Assembly (NCBI GenBank): GCA_963805085.1
Contig: CAWDTA010000002.1
Span: forward strand, 64,001-128,000
Origin: an uncultured Veillonellaceae bacterium
GTDB taxonomy: Bacteria > Bacillota > Negativicutes > JARBTT01
DNA length: 64,000 nucleotides
Direction of reading: 5' to 3'
Below the pieces are notes generated by a model, which worked only from the letters and a program-made list of their open reading frames with translations, made no database searches and was not told the origin of the DNA. Made by a program: the position numbers and the translations under genes. Positions 19,512 through 30,420 of this stretch are shown here, in pieces. How positions within the stretch are numbered: the stretch's first letter is position 1; each line of letters begins with the position of its first letter.

Positions 19512-19553
19512 TATAGATAAGGCATCTTGCCAATTGGAGATGCCTTGTCTATA
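19512..19553 (-). terminator. Intra-operon stem-loop between kduD and kdgT
   Basis: TATAGATAAGGCATCT/AGATGCCTTGTCTATA. Confidence 0.5.
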
Positions 19554-19565
19554 CTTTTATAAAGA

Positions 19566-20321
19566 TTAACGAGCCAACCAACCACCGTCTACCGCAATCG
19601 TATACCCTTGCACATAGTTTGCAGCTTCCGAAGCTAAGAAGATAACTGGGCCGCCCAAATCACTTGGCTTACCCCAACGACCTGCTGGAATACGGCCTAA
19701 AATTTCAGCATTGCGCACTTCATCAGCCCGAAGTGCTGCAGTATTATCTGTTGCCATATAACCTGGGGCAATCGCATTGACATTCACGTTATATTTCGCC
19801 CATTCATTTGCTAATATTTTCGTTAGTCCCATTACTCCACTCTTGCTGGAAGTATAGGATGGAACGCGAATCCCGCCTTGGAAAGAAAGCATCGAAGCGA
19901 TGTTGATAATCTTCCCGCCACTTTCTTGTTTCACAAACTGTTTTGCAACCGCTTGTGATAGGAAAAACATGCTTTTTAAATTTATATTCATAACGTCATC
20001 CCAGTCTTTTTCCGTAAACTCCAAGGATTCATTACGACGAATGATCCCAGAGTTATTGACCAGGATGTCAATATGACTAAATTTAGCTACCGCTTGTTCG
20101 ATGATTCCAGCAATTGGCTCTAAGCTACCCAAGTTCGCTTTGATCCCTAAAAATTGACGACCAAGTGCTTTTACCTTTTGCTCTGTTTCTGTATAATCAC
20201 TCGTTGCTACACTAACGATGTCGGCACCTGCTCCAGCCAATGCCAATGCCATGCCTTGACCTAAACCTTTGGTACCACCAGTGACGATTGCAACTTTTCC
20301 TTCTAAGCTAAATAAATTCAT
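19566..20321 (-). CDS. kduD: 2-dehydro-3-deoxy-D-gluconate 5-dehydrogenase (SDR)
   Basis: TGGTKGLG, ASMLSFQGGIRVPSYTSSK, AVDGGWLAR; SD GGGAGG. Confidence 0.95.
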   Translation of the reverse strand: MNLFSLEGKVAIVTGGTKGLGQGMALALAGAGADIVSVATSDYTETEQKVKALGRQFLGIKANLGSLEPIAGIIEQAVAKFSHIDILVNNSGIIRRNESLEFTEKDWDDVMNINLKSMFFLSQAVAKQFVKQESGGKIINIASMLSFQGGIRVPSYTSSKSGVMGLTKILANEWAKYNVNVNAIAPGYMATDNTAALRADEVRNAEILGRIPAGRWGKPSDLGGPVIFLASEAANYVQGYTIAVDGGWLAR

Positions 20322-20336
20322 GCTCTGACCTCCCAA

Positions 20337-21164
20337 TTAACGTAAGTCTTCCATTTTTACAGCATCCATATCATCAAAGACTTGGTTTTCACCAGCCATG
20401 CCCCAGATAAAGGTGTAATTATGTGTAGCTACCCCAGAATGTATGGACCAACTTGGTGAGATTACCGCTTCTTCATTATGCATCACAATATGGCGTGTCT
20501 GTGTTGGTTCGCCCATATAATGCATCACTACATTGTCTTTTGGTAAATCAAAATATAAATAAATTTCTGCACGACGTTCATGTGTATGACATGGCATGCT
20601 ATTCCACATATTGCCTGGTTCTAAAGCTGTCATGCCCATTACCAATTGGCAACTTTCCACACCACCGGGTACAATATATTGATAAAGTTTACGTTCGTTA
20701 GAGTTTTCAAGAGAACCTAAATGTCTTGGCGTAATTGATTTACGTTCAATTTTTTTCGTTGGATATGTCGCATGTGCAGGAGCACTATTGAAATAGAATT
20801 TTGCAGGCTGAGCTGCGCTATTACTACTAAATACAATTTTACGTGCCCCCATACCAATATACAAACCATCCGTTGTGTTAAGCTCATAATTAGTGCCATC
20901 GACTTCAACTTTACCGTTACCACCAATATTAATAATACCGATTTCTCTGCGTTCTAAGAAAAACTCAACCCCCATACCAGCTTCGACTTTTAATTCTTGT
21001 GATTTAATCGGGCATACACTACCTGCAATCATACGATCAACATGACTATAAACCATTTTGATATTATCCTGCTCAAATAAACCTTGAATTAAAAAATTTT
21101 CTCTTAATTCCTCAGTAGTGTACCGTTTTACATCATTAGGATGAATTGCATGTCTAACTTCCAT
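20337..21164 (-). CDS. kduI: 5-dehydro-4-deoxy-D-glucuronate isomerase
   Basis: YSHVDR, FLERREIG, WNSMPCHTHERR, SPSWSIHSG, MAGEN. Confidence 0.96.
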   Translation of the reverse strand: MEVRHAIHPNDVKRYTTEELRENFLIQGLFEQDNIKMVYSHVDRMIAGSVCPIKSQELKVEAGMGVEFFLERREIGIINIGGNGKVEVDGTNYELNTTDGLYIGMGARKIVFSSNSAAQPAKFYFNSAPAHATYPTKKIERKSITPRHLGSLENSNERKLYQYIVPGGVESCQLVMGMTALEPGNMWNSMPCHTHERRAEIYLYFDLPKDNVVMHYMGEPTQTRHIVMHNEEAVISPSWSIHSGVATHNYTFIWGMAGENQVFDDMDAVKMEDLR

Positions 21165-21226
21165 TTTAAAATGGCCCCCTCATAAATTATATATTTTAAA
21201 TTTAATAATAGATCCCAAAGTTTAAT

Positions 21227-22165
21227 TTATTGCTGACTTAAAAATTTTTTCAACCCTGCTACTGTTGGTAAACCGTCATTATCCCCAGGTGACATGATCG
21301 CCAGCGCACCAATTGCAGCCCCACGTTTTACAGCATCTTTTAGATCTAAATCTTCCAATAAGGCACTCACCACACCAACCGCAAAACCATCGCCAGCACC
21401 AACTGTATCTACGATATGATCTACTTTGAATGCCGGTACGGTAAAACTACCTTCCGTAGTTTTTACAAATGCGCCTTTAGAACCAACCTTAATAACCACC
21501 GTTTTGACCCCGGATTTCAAGTAGAAATCAGCGATTGTATCAAGATCATCACTACCAGTTAAAATTTTTCCCTCACTTACGCCAGGTAAAACTATATCGC
21601 ATTTGAAGGCCAGATCATTGATAACATCAATCATTTCTTGCTTATCTTTCCATAATGCTGGACGAAGGTTCGTATCAAAGGAAATTCTGACCTCATGTTT
21701 TCTTGCCGCAGCAATTAATTCATAAATGGTTGCTCTACAGGAGGAAGATAATGCTGGTGGAATACCAGTAATATGCAAATGTTTAATTGTAGACCAATCA
21801 ATCTGAGCAATATCGTTGATATTCATATTGGCGGAAGCGGTATTCTTTCTGAAGTTCACCACTTCAGGATCACCGACTTCTACTTTTGCTTTCAATTGCA
21901 TTCCTGTCATATGCTCATTATCAAACGAAATATAACGATTATCAATTTTATTTTCAGCTAAGAAATTTTTGATATGTTTACCAAATGGATCATTCCCCAA
22001 TTTACTTACATAGGCCACTTTATGTTCTAAGCGCGCCATACCAACAGCAAAGTTGATTTCAGCCCCAGCAACATATCTAGTGAAATGCTCCACATTTTCA
22101 AGTGGTTTTATTTCTTCTGCTACCAACAGTCCCATAGGTTCACCAATCGTAAGTACTTCTATCAT
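21227..22165 (-). CDS. kdgK: 2-dehydro-3-deoxygluconokinase (PfkB family)
   Basis: GAEINFAVG, FDTNLRPALW, DTVGAGDGF; operon context. Confidence 0.9.
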   Translation of the reverse strand: MIEVLTIGEPMGLLVAEEIKPLENVEHFTRYVAGAEINFAVGMARLEHKVAYVSKLGNDPFGKHIKNFLAENKIDNRYISFDNEHMTGMQLKAKVEVGDPEVVNFRKNTASANMNINDIAQIDWSTIKHLHITGIPPALSSSCRATIYELIAAARKHEVRISFDTNLRPALWKDKQEMIDVINDLAFKCDIVLPGVSEGKILTGSDDLDTIADFYLKSGVKTVVIKVGSKGAFVKTTEGSFTVPAFKVDHIVDTVGAGDGFAVGVVSALLEDLDLKDAVKRGAAIGALAIMSPGDNDGLPTVAGLKKFLSQQ

Positions 22166-22247
22166 CTAAATAACCCCCTTAATTTATAAAAGACAAACTG
22201 TCATTTTCACTCTTTAATGAAATTTCTGAATTATATAACTAAATTTT

Positions 22248-22276
22248 ATGAAACAGTTTAGTTTACCGGTTTACAT
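22248..22276. promoter_or_regulatory. Putative LacI-type (KdgR) operator upstream of kdgK
   Basis: GTTTACCGGTTTACAT, a CG-centred imperfect palindrome; shares ACCGnTTTACAT with the site at 23347-23362. Confidence 0.5.
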
Positions 22277-22288
22277 TACACAACCTTT

Positions 22289-23305
22289 TCAGGTTGACCC
22301 GCGAATCACTAGCTCACAGTCCAGCTCAATGAGCCGTGGTGCTGCATTTCTATTGCGATGTAAACGGAACATAAGCCTCTTTACACATTCCTTTCCTACC
22401 TTATAGGAAGGTTGTGAAATAACGGTGATTCCATTTCCTGCCAATTCAGTCCAATCCCAATTATCAATACCGCAAATACCAATATCATCGGGAAATTTCA
22501 AATTGAGTCTTCGCATTGCTTTTACGACATGCAAGGTTGTAACACCATTGGTTGAATAAATTGCTTTTTTCTCAGCACCATTTAGAGTTATAAATCGTTC
22601 TAATAAACGTTCCACAAATTCTTCACTCTTGCTTTCAAGAATATAAGATTGCGGGCTAATTTTTAAGACATCGCGGCAAGCTCTTTCATAAGCACCATAA
22701 CGCCAAATTCTTGTACCAATGTTCCCCAACGGTTCACTGAAAAATCCGACTTTCGTAAAACCACGTTCTTTTAAATGCTCCATTGCTTTTATCGTAGCAT
22801 CAATATCAGCCGTTCGCACTGTATCAAACAAGTTCAACTCAATTGGCCTATCCGCTAAAATAATCGGAATTCCTGTTTGCGCCATTTTTTCTAAGAATTT
22901 ATTATTTTCACCAGTCGTATTAACAATCAAACCTTCAACCCGTTGATCAATCATCGATAATATATATTCACGTTCCTTACGAGGGTCGTCATCAGTGCTC
23001 GTAATCATAACACCATAGCCATACCGATCACAACAATTACTGATGCCTTTCAGTAGTATCGAAGCAAATGGACTGCCAATGTCGGAAACCACTACACCGA
23101 TAATTCTACTTCTCTTTGATTTTAAACTGCGTGCCAAATTGTTTGGACGATAATTCAATTCTTCAATGACCTGAGAAATTTTATGTTTTGACTGTGCTGA
23201 CATAAACTCAAACTTGCCATTTAAATACCTAGAAATCGTAGTCTTTGATACTCCTGCTTTTTCAGCAACATCCACAATGGTAATATTTTTTTCACTCTTT
23301 TCCAT
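22289..23305 (-). CDS. kdgR: LacI-family regulator of the kdg operon
   Basis: TIVDVAEKAGVSKTTISRYLNG, LNYRPNNLARSL, LVIRGST. Confidence 0.85.
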   Translation of the reverse strand: MEKSEKNITIVDVAEKAGVSKTTISRYLNGKFEFMSAQSKHKISQVIEELNYRPNNLARSLKSKRSRIIGVVVSDIGSPFASILLKGISNCCDRYGYGVMITSTDDDPRKEREYILSMIDQRVEGLIVNTTGENNKFLEKMAQTGIPIILADRPIELNLFDTVRTADIDATIKAMEHLKERGFTKVGFFSEPLGNIGTRIWRYGAYERACRDVLKISPQSYILESKSEEFVERLLERFITLNGAEKKAIYSTNGVTTLHVVKAMRRLNLKFPDDIGICGIDNWDWTELAGNGITVISQPSYKVGKECVKRLMFRLHRNRNAAPRLIELDCELVIRGST

Positions 23306-23346
23306 AGTATTAAACTCCTACCAAAGCTAAACTAGAATTCGTTACA

Positions 23347-23362
23347 CTAAACCGTTTTACAT
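23347..23362. promoter_or_regulatory. Putative autoregulatory LacI-type operator
   Basis: CTAAACCGTTTTACAT upstream of kdgR. Confidence 0.45.
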
Positions 23363-23658
23363 AGACTGATAAATTTCTCTTATCTTTTGATAATTCCATT
23401 CTATCTGATTTTTTTCCCATTGTCTAGCACTTTTTGACTATTCAGTTATATGTATAAATAATATTTTTTCAACGTAATCACTACTATTGCTTATGACAAC
23501 CTGTACTAATCTAATCGTTACTTTTTCGTTATAACAATATATTTTTAACTTGTCGATTTTATGTTATAATAATCTCATTAAAGCTAGCTTCGATTCCATC
23601 TTACTCTTATCCCACTTTGAATCCGCATTAGCTGAATTATTATGTTGGAGGTTCATTT

Positions 23659-24021
23659 ATGGAAGCCATACTAAAGCAAATCCTCGGCGAAGTCTCTAAC
23701 CTTTCCTCAAAAATCGATCATATCGACGCTAAAGTTGATACCCTTGGCTCTAAAGTTCAAAGTCTTGATTCTAAAGTTGACAATCTTGATTCTAAAGTTG
23801 AAAGCCTAACTGAAAGAGTAACCCTTGTTGAACAAGGGCAAGTACGCATGGAAAACGTCATGAACACCAACTTTGCTGCTCTCTATGATGCTCGTGAAAT
23901 GCAAAACGAGTTTAACGAACGAATCGAAGCCAAAGTCGACATCCTCAATAGCAAAATTGATACCATCGCCCTCCAAGTCAACCATCATGAACAGCGTTTC
24001 AATCGTTTAAAAAGCATTTAA
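23659..24021 (+). CDS. Small heptad-repeat coiled-coil protein (paralog 1)
   Basis: SD GGAGG; extended -10 TGtTATAAT at 23562-23570; KVDTLGS-KVQSLDS-KVDNLDS-KVESLTE heptads (21-bp period). Confidence 0.85.
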   Translation: MEAILKQILGEVSNLSSKIDHIDAKVDTLGSKVQSLDSKVDNLDSKVESLTERVTLVEQGQVRMENVMNTNFAALYDAREMQNEFNERIEAKVDILNSKIDTIALQVNHHEQRFNRLKSI

Positions 24022-24023
24022 CC

Positions 24024-24065
24024 ATAAAAATCCGCAAATTACAATTGTATTCTGCGGATTTTTTA
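24024..24065. terminator. Bidirectional terminator
   Basis: AAAAATCCGCA/TGCGGATTTTT between convergent genes. Confidence 0.7.
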
Positions 24066-24071
24066 TTTGTC

Positions 24072-24992
24072 TTATTTGATTTTTGCAAAATAATGATAGG
24101 TTCTTGTTAGTCCTTCTGTTAAAGAAATGACAGGTCGCCAAGCCAATCCTTGAATCGCCTTATCATTGGATAACACGGAACGATAAATATCACCCGAACG
24201 CGCTGCTCCATAAGTTGGCCTAACTTCTTTACCGGAAATCTCATTCAACAATTGAGCCATAGCATTGATTGTAACTTCCGTTTTCGTACTCACATTATAT
24301 ACCGTATTACAATGGGTCGTACGCACCGCCTGCCAAATTGCACTCGCAATATCACCAACGTAAATAAAATCTCTCGTTTGATTGCCATCGCCATTGATGG
24401 TGATGCTTTCATCATGGGCAACCTTTTTCGTGAAAATACTAATTACGCCACCCTCGCCACCGTCACCTTGACGTTCACCATACACGTTAGCAAAACGAAG
24501 TGCTACATAGTCAAGTCCATAGAGTTCATGATAGAGCTGTAGATATTTCTCTACAGTTAACTTACTAAGCCCATAAAAAGAAGTCGGTGCAGTTTCAAAG
24601 CTCTCTAAAACCGGTAGCTGCTCAATATCACCATACGTTGCAGCAGTCGTTGCAAATACCACGCGCTTAACCCCAGTTTTACGACATGCTTCCAGTATAT
24701 TGACCGTACCCAGCAGATTGATATTCGCATCAAGCAACGGATCTTTCACTGACACATCCACCATGGTTTGCCCAGCTAGATGAATCACACTATCAAACTG
24801 GCCTTGTTCAAATACAGCCATGACCTCTTTATCACAGATATCCATCTCAATAAAGGCAATATCCTCTGGTATATTTTCTCTTAAGCCAGTATTCAAATTA
24901 TCTAAGACCGTAATTTGGCAATCTTCTTGCATTAACTTTTCTATTACATGGGAACCAATAAAGCCCGCCCCACCAGTTACTAATATTTTCAT
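24072..24992 (-). CDS. galE: NAD-dependent epimerase (UDP-glucose 4-epimerase-like)
   Basis: TGGAGFIGSH, YGLSK, RFANVYGERQ, TRDFIYV. Confidence 0.8.
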   Translation of the reverse strand: MKILVTGGAGFIGSHVIEKLMQEDCQITVLDNLNTGLRENIPEDIAFIEMDICDKEVMAVFEQGQFDSVIHLAGQTMVDVSVKDPLLDANINLLGTVNILEACRKTGVKRVVFATTAATYGDIEQLPVLESFETAPTSFYGLSKLTVEKYLQLYHELYGLDYVALRFANVYGERQGDGGEGGVISIFTKKVAHDESITINGDGNQTRDFIYVGDIASAIWQAVRTTHCNTVYNVSTKTEVTINAMAQLLNEISGKEVRPTYGAARSGDIYRSVLSNDKAIQGLAWRPVISLTEGLTRTYHYFAKIK

Positions 24993-25215
24993 AGCAATCT
25001 CTCCTAAAATTGTTATAGCACTATCTTCATTATCAAATTATTTCTACTTATTTATACCATATTTTTCTGAAAATAGTCTATAAGATACATAAATTAATAA
25101 TTTTTTCTAGAATCAATCCTATAGTATGTTTTCTCATAAATCTCAATTTCACAAAAAAAATAGCAACAATGTCTATATGACCACTGTGCTCTCATGCCAA
25201 ATTGGCTACTCTATA

Positions 25216-25605
25216 TCATTTAATGCGCTTAAAAATAATTTCATCATGTGTTGTAACCTTATTCTCTATTCGTTCTAGCTTTTCTTGCATCAAAACTTGC
25301 CCTTCCGCCAATGCCTGAATCGCTGGTCTTATTTCATTTTCTACAATAAGACTCGTTTTTGTATGCTGCACCTCTAATTTATCTACCTTACCCTCTAATC
25401 TATCTACCTTACCCTCTAATCTATCTACTCTAACTTCTAATCTATCGACTTTGCCTTCTAAGCGATCAAACCGCTCCAAAGTAAACTGTTGAAATGCCAC
25501 CAATTGGTGCTCCATTGCAGCTTGGCGCGTTTCTAAACTATCCAACCGTGTATTTATGTTCTTTAATTCAGATAAAATTTGCGCTAATACCTTTTCCATT
25601 GCCAT
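25216..25605 (-). CDS. Small heptad-repeat coiled-coil protein (paralog 2)
   Basis: SD GAGAGG; about five (DRLEGKV)-type heptads; has its own sigmaA promoter. Confidence 0.85.
   Translation of the reverse strand: MAMEKVLAQILSELKNINTRLDSLETRQAAMEHQLVAFQQFTLERFDRLEGKVDRLEVRVDRLEGKVDRLEGKVDKLEVQHTKTSLIVENEIRPAIQALAEGQVLMQEKLERIENKVTTHDEIIFKRIK
25369..25467. repeat. 21-bp coding tandem repeat
   Basis: Unit close to ACCCTCTAATCTATCTACCTT, 4-5 copies, encoding heptads. Confidence 0.85.
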
Positions 25606-25668
25606 TTTCACCTCTCATTTTGCTTAACTATTAGCAAGCAAAAATCACAATTCGTCTTCTTTACACTT

Positions 25669-25697
25669 ATCATATCAAAACATATCCATAAAGACAA
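25669..25697 (-). promoter_or_regulatory. SigmaA promoter for coiled-coil paralog 2
   Basis: TTGTCT-17 nt-TATGAT with extended TG. Confidence 0.65.
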
Positions 25698-25717
25698 TGG
25701 AAAAGTTATTGCGTATC

Positions 25718-27085
25718 CTACTCATCAAATCTAACAATATCGTCTTCGCCCACATAACTACCATTTTGGATCTCAATGATTTCTAATGGTATTTGTCCTA
25801 GATTTTCTAACCGATGTTTCGCCGTCTGTGGTACAAATATACTCTCGTTTTCATGCACCCAAGTTTCTTTGCCATCAATGGTTACCTTTGCCGTACCGGC
25901 AATGACAATCCAATGCTCACTGCGATGATAATGCATTTGCATACTCAATACCCCCTTGGGCTGCACACGGATTTTTTTCATCTTATATCTCGGACCTTCA
26001 CCAAGCGTAGTAACACTTCCCCAAGGTCGATAAACCGTGGTATGCTCCGTTGCTTCCTTACGTCCACGCTTTTTCAATTCACTAACTACTTCTTTGACCT
26101 TTTGTGACTCACCCTTTTTAGCCACAACAATAACATCATCGGTTTCCACCAACAGTATATCATCTAAGCCAATGCCCGCGATGAGACGATCCCGCCCTAG
26201 GATTAAAGAATCTTTACAATCAATCGCTAAACAATCACCATGCATAGCATTACCACAATCATCCTTTGGTAATACCTCATACATGGCATCCCACGAACCA
26301 ATATCATTCCAGTAACAAGGTAACTCTAATGCAATCACTGCTGTAGCTTTTTCTGCCACGGCGTAATCAATCGAAATATTTGGCATACTGCTAAAATCAG
26401 CCAAGACCTCTGTATAAGATTTTTCTAAACACGTAATAATTTCTGGCTGATATTTTTCAAACTCATTGATCATAAAACCAATCGAAAAAGCAAACATCCC
26501 TGAGTTCCAGAAATAATTTCCCTTTGCTAAATATTCTTCTGCAACCAAGCGTTCTGGCTTTTCTTTAAACGACACTACCTCATAGCCACCGTCATAAACC
26601 TTACCGGTTTCAATATATCCGTAACCAGTTTCTGGTTTATCTGGTTTTATACCAAAAGTAATCAATTTATCATTTGGGGCTATTTTTGCTGCCTGTTTAA
26701 TGGATTTAACAAATAAATCCTCTGCCTTTATCATATGATCTGCTGGTGTAACGAGCAAAACTTCATCATTTGTGCACGCAAGCTCTTCCATACAATACTT
26801 CATTGCCAGAGCAATTGCCGGTGCCGTATTACGAGCTGCAGGCTCTAATACAATATGTGCAGCACTGACATTGCACTCCTCAAGCTCACTTTGTACATGG
26901 TAAACATAATCAGCATTCGTCACAATAATAATATCACTTGGCTGAACTACTGGCAAAAATCGCATAACTGTTTGAGCAAGCAGCGATTTATCATTATTAA
27001 CTTTTAAAAATTGTTTAGGAAAACAACTTCTAGACAATGGAAATAACCGAGTCCCGCCCCCGCCTGCCAATATAACTATCTTCAT
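25718..27085 (-). CDS. manC: Mannose-1-phosphate guanylyltransferase/mannose-6-phosphate isomerase (copy 1)
   Basis: ILAGGGGTRLFPLSR, PKQFL, EPAARNTAPAI, WNSGMF, cupin SMQMHYHRSEHW. Confidence 0.95.
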   Translation of the reverse strand: MKIVILAGGGGTRLFPLSRSCFPKQFLKVNNDKSLLAQTVMRFLPVVQPSDIIIVTNADYVYHVQSELEECNVSAAHIVLEPAARNTAPAIALAMKYCMEELACTNDEVLLVTPADHMIKAEDLFVKSIKQAAKIAPNDKLITFGIKPDKPETGYGYIETGKVYDGGYEVVSFKEKPERLVAEEYLAKGNYFWNSGMFAFSIGFMINEFEKYQPEIITCLEKSYTEVLADFSSMPNISIDYAVAEKATAVIALELPCYWNDIGSWDAMYEVLPKDDCGNAMHGDCLAIDCKDSLILGRDRLIAGIGLDDILLVETDDVIVVAKKGESQKVKEVVSELKKRGRKEATEHTTVYRPWGSVTTLGEGPRYKMKKIRVQPKGVLSMQMHYHRSEHWIVIAGTAKVTIDGKETWVHENESIFVPQTAKHRLENLGQIPLEIIEIQNGSYVGEDDIVRFDE

Positions 27086-27128
27086 CCTATCAATCCTCAA
27101 TTTTGCCTTTTATCAAACCTCTTTTATA

Positions 27129-27881
27129 TTATATTGTTCTCGCTACCAATATGCCTAACCATTCTTGTAAAAAAATATAATTACCCCATAAAGCACCTGC
27201 CGATGGCGCTAATTTATTATAATGAAAAACATGTTTTTTACTTACCATATAATCACTCGGATAAGGTAAGACTTCGATATTTTCTTTATGAAAATTAATC
27301 ACTGACCGCTCCATATGAAAAGCTGAAGTTACTAAAATTGGTTTACTATAACCTTTTTCAATCAATAAGTTATGAACAAATTGTGCATTTTGTCTGGTAT
27401 TTACACTTTGGTCTTCAATCAATATTTTATCTTCTGGTATGCCTAAACTGAGTAGCATTCGCTTACTGATCTGGGCTTCACGCCCCGAATCAGAATACAC
27501 CTGTCCACCACTTAAAATAATCGGCAAATCCAGCTTCTTCTGCAATCTAGCCGCGGTCAATAAACGATTAGCCGCACTCCCACCTAAATTTCCCAGTCCG
27601 TCGACATCCTGTGTATCGGCAGTAGCACCGCCACCTAGCATAATCACTGCGTCTCCAGCTACCTCACTTGGCGGATCATAACGACTCTCCAATGCCCCTA
27701 ATAATATCTCACTTACATACCCTGTACTAAGCAAATAAAAAAGAATCGTAATACTTGCTAACGCTTTAGCGAAGTTACACTCCTGTTTTTTCCACAGCAA
27801 AATAGCCATAACCATAAATGCCACAATAAAAATTCCCGGTGGCAAAAGAAAGCTAGCACCAAATTTAAGTAAGTAGATCAT
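27129..27881 (-). CDS. YdcF/ElyC-like DUF218 protein
   Basis: N-terminal TMs, MLGGG, ILSGG, EDQSVNTRQNA, LVTSAFHMERS. Confidence 0.88.
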   Translation of the reverse strand: MIYLLKFGASFLLPPGIFIVAFMVMAILLWKKQECNFAKALASITILFYLLSTGYVSEILLGALESRYDPPSEVAGDAVIMLGGGATADTQDVDGLGNLGGSAANRLLTAARLQKKLDLPIILSGGQVYSDSGREAQISKRMLLSLGIPEDKILIEDQSVNTRQNAQFVHNLLIEKGYSKPILVTSAFHMERSVINFHKENIEVLPYPSDYMVSKKHVFHYNKLAPSAGALWGNYIFLQEWLGILVARTI

Positions 27882-27990
27882 AACATTACCTCACAAAAAT
27901 ACTATATTGATTAAAATTTTATTCGACCTTTCTATAACCGCTAAAGCATAAATGACAATTATACTATAATACTACATTGAAAAATATTTG

Positions 27991-29055
27991 TTAGTCTGTA
28001 ACGACTTCTTTCTTATTGATGTTTTTTCTTATAAGTGAACCCTTTTTAAGAAATGGTTTTTCTAGGAGGCTCCAAGAAAAAAACGACAACATAAGAACAA
28101 AGATGATAATACTAATTAAACTTAAATATGGTGCTATTTGAAATAAGTTAAAGGAAATGACCATCTGAATTATTGGAAAGTGATATAAATATGTTCCATA
28201 AGATAAATCTCCGTATTTTCTGACAAAACTTATATCTTGAATACAAAATGCAAAATATATTACTAAGATTGCCAAACCTATAGGTTCAATAAAACTCACC
28301 CCATAGTTATTGGATCCTATAATATATGCTATGAGTCCAAAGATTAATATTCTTTGACGATATCTAAAAAAAGTATCAAAAAAATAATATAGTAATGCAC
28401 CAGAAAGAAAATAGGATAGTTGACCAGGCAACTGTCTTGCCAATTCTGCGTAAAAGTTTCTTCCCGTTACTTCCGCAAGATGCAAGAAATATAGTGAATA
28501 TATACAAGAAGCTACATAGATAAATATAATTACAGCGGCCTTATTATATCTACGCATAAAATATGTCAGCATCGGTACAATACAATAAAACATCACTTCA
28601 ATTTTAATTGTCCAAAGAGCACCATTTACAACTGGCATAACCTGATTATTCAAAAATACTCCAGGAAGAGTTGGTTGTAGCATATTCAAAAAAAACAAAT
28701 TTGCACTAAGATATTTGATAAAGCCGAAAGAAAAATACTGTTCAATAGATAACTTGGAAAAAAACACACCTAATATTGCACAAGTAACAACAACCATAAA
28801 ATAGGCTGGATATATTCTGCGAAATCGTTTGGAAAAGTATTCTTTCAAAGAAGCTGAATTTTCATAGCTCATAAAAATCAGAAATCCACTTATAATAAAA
28901 AATCCATCTACTGCCACCCTTGAATTCAAAAACTTAGGAATAAATTCTAGCTTTGTACTTAAACTTAATTCGTACATATGAACCATAACTACCGTAAGTG
29001 CAAAAAATAAACGTAGTATGTCAAAATTATTTTTACGAGGGATTATTATATTCAT
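27991..29055 (-). CDS. Acyltransferase-3 family membrane O-acyltransferase
   Basis: NNFDILRLFFA..V..H, FFIISGFLI, RFRRIYPAY, NGALWTIKIEVMFY, DLSYGTYLYHFP. Confidence 0.9.
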   Translation of the reverse strand: MNIIIPRKNNFDILRLFFALTVVMVHMYELSLSTKLEFIPKFLNSRVAVDGFFIISGFLIFMSYENSASLKEYFSKRFRRIYPAYFMVVVTCAILGVFFSKLSIEQYFSFGFIKYLSANLFFLNMLQPTLPGVFLNNQVMPVVNGALWTIKIEVMFYCIVPMLTYFMRRYNKAAVIIFIYVASCIYSLYFLHLAEVTGRNFYAELARQLPGQLSYFLSGALLYYFFDTFFRYRQRILIFGLIAYIIGSNNYGVSFIEPIGLAILVIYFAFCIQDISFVRKYGDLSYGTYLYHFPIIQMVISFNLFQIAPYLSLISIIIFVLMLSFFSWSLLEKPFLKKGSLIRKNINKKEVVTD

Positions 29056-30420
29056 AAGAGCACCTTTCCTCTAAAATTATATAAATCTAACTAAACTGCT
29101 TCATATATAATTCAAAATAAAGACCTTTTTTCGCTATCAATTCATCATGTGTTCCGTATTCCATCATTCGTCCTCGATCTAGTACAATAATCTGGTCGCA
29201 GTTTCTAACAGTTGATAACCGATGCGCTATCATTATCATTGTCCGACCAGTAGAAATCTCACCTATATTATCCATAATGATGCGTTCTGATTCATAATCT
29301 AAAGCACTCGTTGCCTCATCAAATATGATGATACGAGGATCGACCATAAGTGCTCTCGCAATAGCAATTCTTTGCCTTTGCCCGCCTGAAAGCATAGCCC
29401 CACGCTCTCCCACAACCGTATCATAGCCCTCAGGTAATTCCCTAATAAAAATATCTGCACCACTAATAGTTGCGGCTTTTATAATTTCTTCCATAGATGC
29501 ATCAAATCTAGCCGCCGCAATATTATCTTTTATTGTACCATTAAATAAAAAATTTTCCTGCAGAACAACACCAATTTGTCGTCTAAGCCAAGCTGGTTCA
29601 ACTTGCACTAGATCGACTCCATCAATTAATATCCTACCGGATTCCGGAACATAAAGTCTTTGAATCATTTTGGTAAGCGTACTTTTCCCAGAACCAGACC
29701 TTCCTACAATTCCAACCTTTGTGCCAGCCTTGATTCGCATACTTAGCTGATTAATGACTTCTGCAGAATCCTGACGATAACGAAATAATACTCTGTCAAG
29801 CACTATATCACCACGCAATGTTGGCAATGTTGTACGGTTGGGATTAAACATCGGTTCAGTATTTTCATCTAAAATATCACCTAGTCTGTTTACAGAGACC
29901 ATGACCTGCTGAAAATTTTGCCAAGTATTTACCAATCGCAATACCGGCGCAATCACTTGCCCAGACATCATCTGAAAAGCAATGAGTTCACCGATGCTTA
30001 ATTTCCCCTGCATTACCTGCTCTGACCCAAACCATAAAATTAATAAAATGAAACATTGTTGAATCAAGGTTCCAACATTATCCGCGATATTGCTAATGTT
30101 CGCCGTAGCAAAAGATGCCTTAGCATACTTCACCAATAGTTGTTCCCACCTTTGCAACATGTGATGTTCTGCTGCAAAGGATTTCATTGTTTGTATTCCT
30201 GTAACCGCCTCAATGAGAAAAGTTTGATTTTCCGTACCAGCAATAAATTTATCTTGTAAATACTTACGATAGCTAGGTGTAATCAAAAGGCTGAGGAGGA
30301 TATAAACGCTAATATATAAGTGAGCCACTAAAGCATAAAATGCTCACGAAAAAATGAGCCACCTTAAATAAAATAACCTTTAAAATAGACTTAATGAAGT
30401 TTATTTTGGAGGGATAAAAG

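Noticed and set aside
17787-23305. kdg operon as a novel system
   Set aside because: Standard pectin/hexuronate-derived KDG catabolism with canonical motifs.
25369-25467. 21-bp repeats (also 23730-23810) as a possible CRISPR array
   Set aside because: Head-to-tail with no spacers, in-frame heptad coding, and no cas genes.
29087-30328. 413-aa ABC ORF as an intact gene
   Set aside because: Its start lies inside the IS21 left end without an SD; it is the 3' fragment of an interrupted gene.
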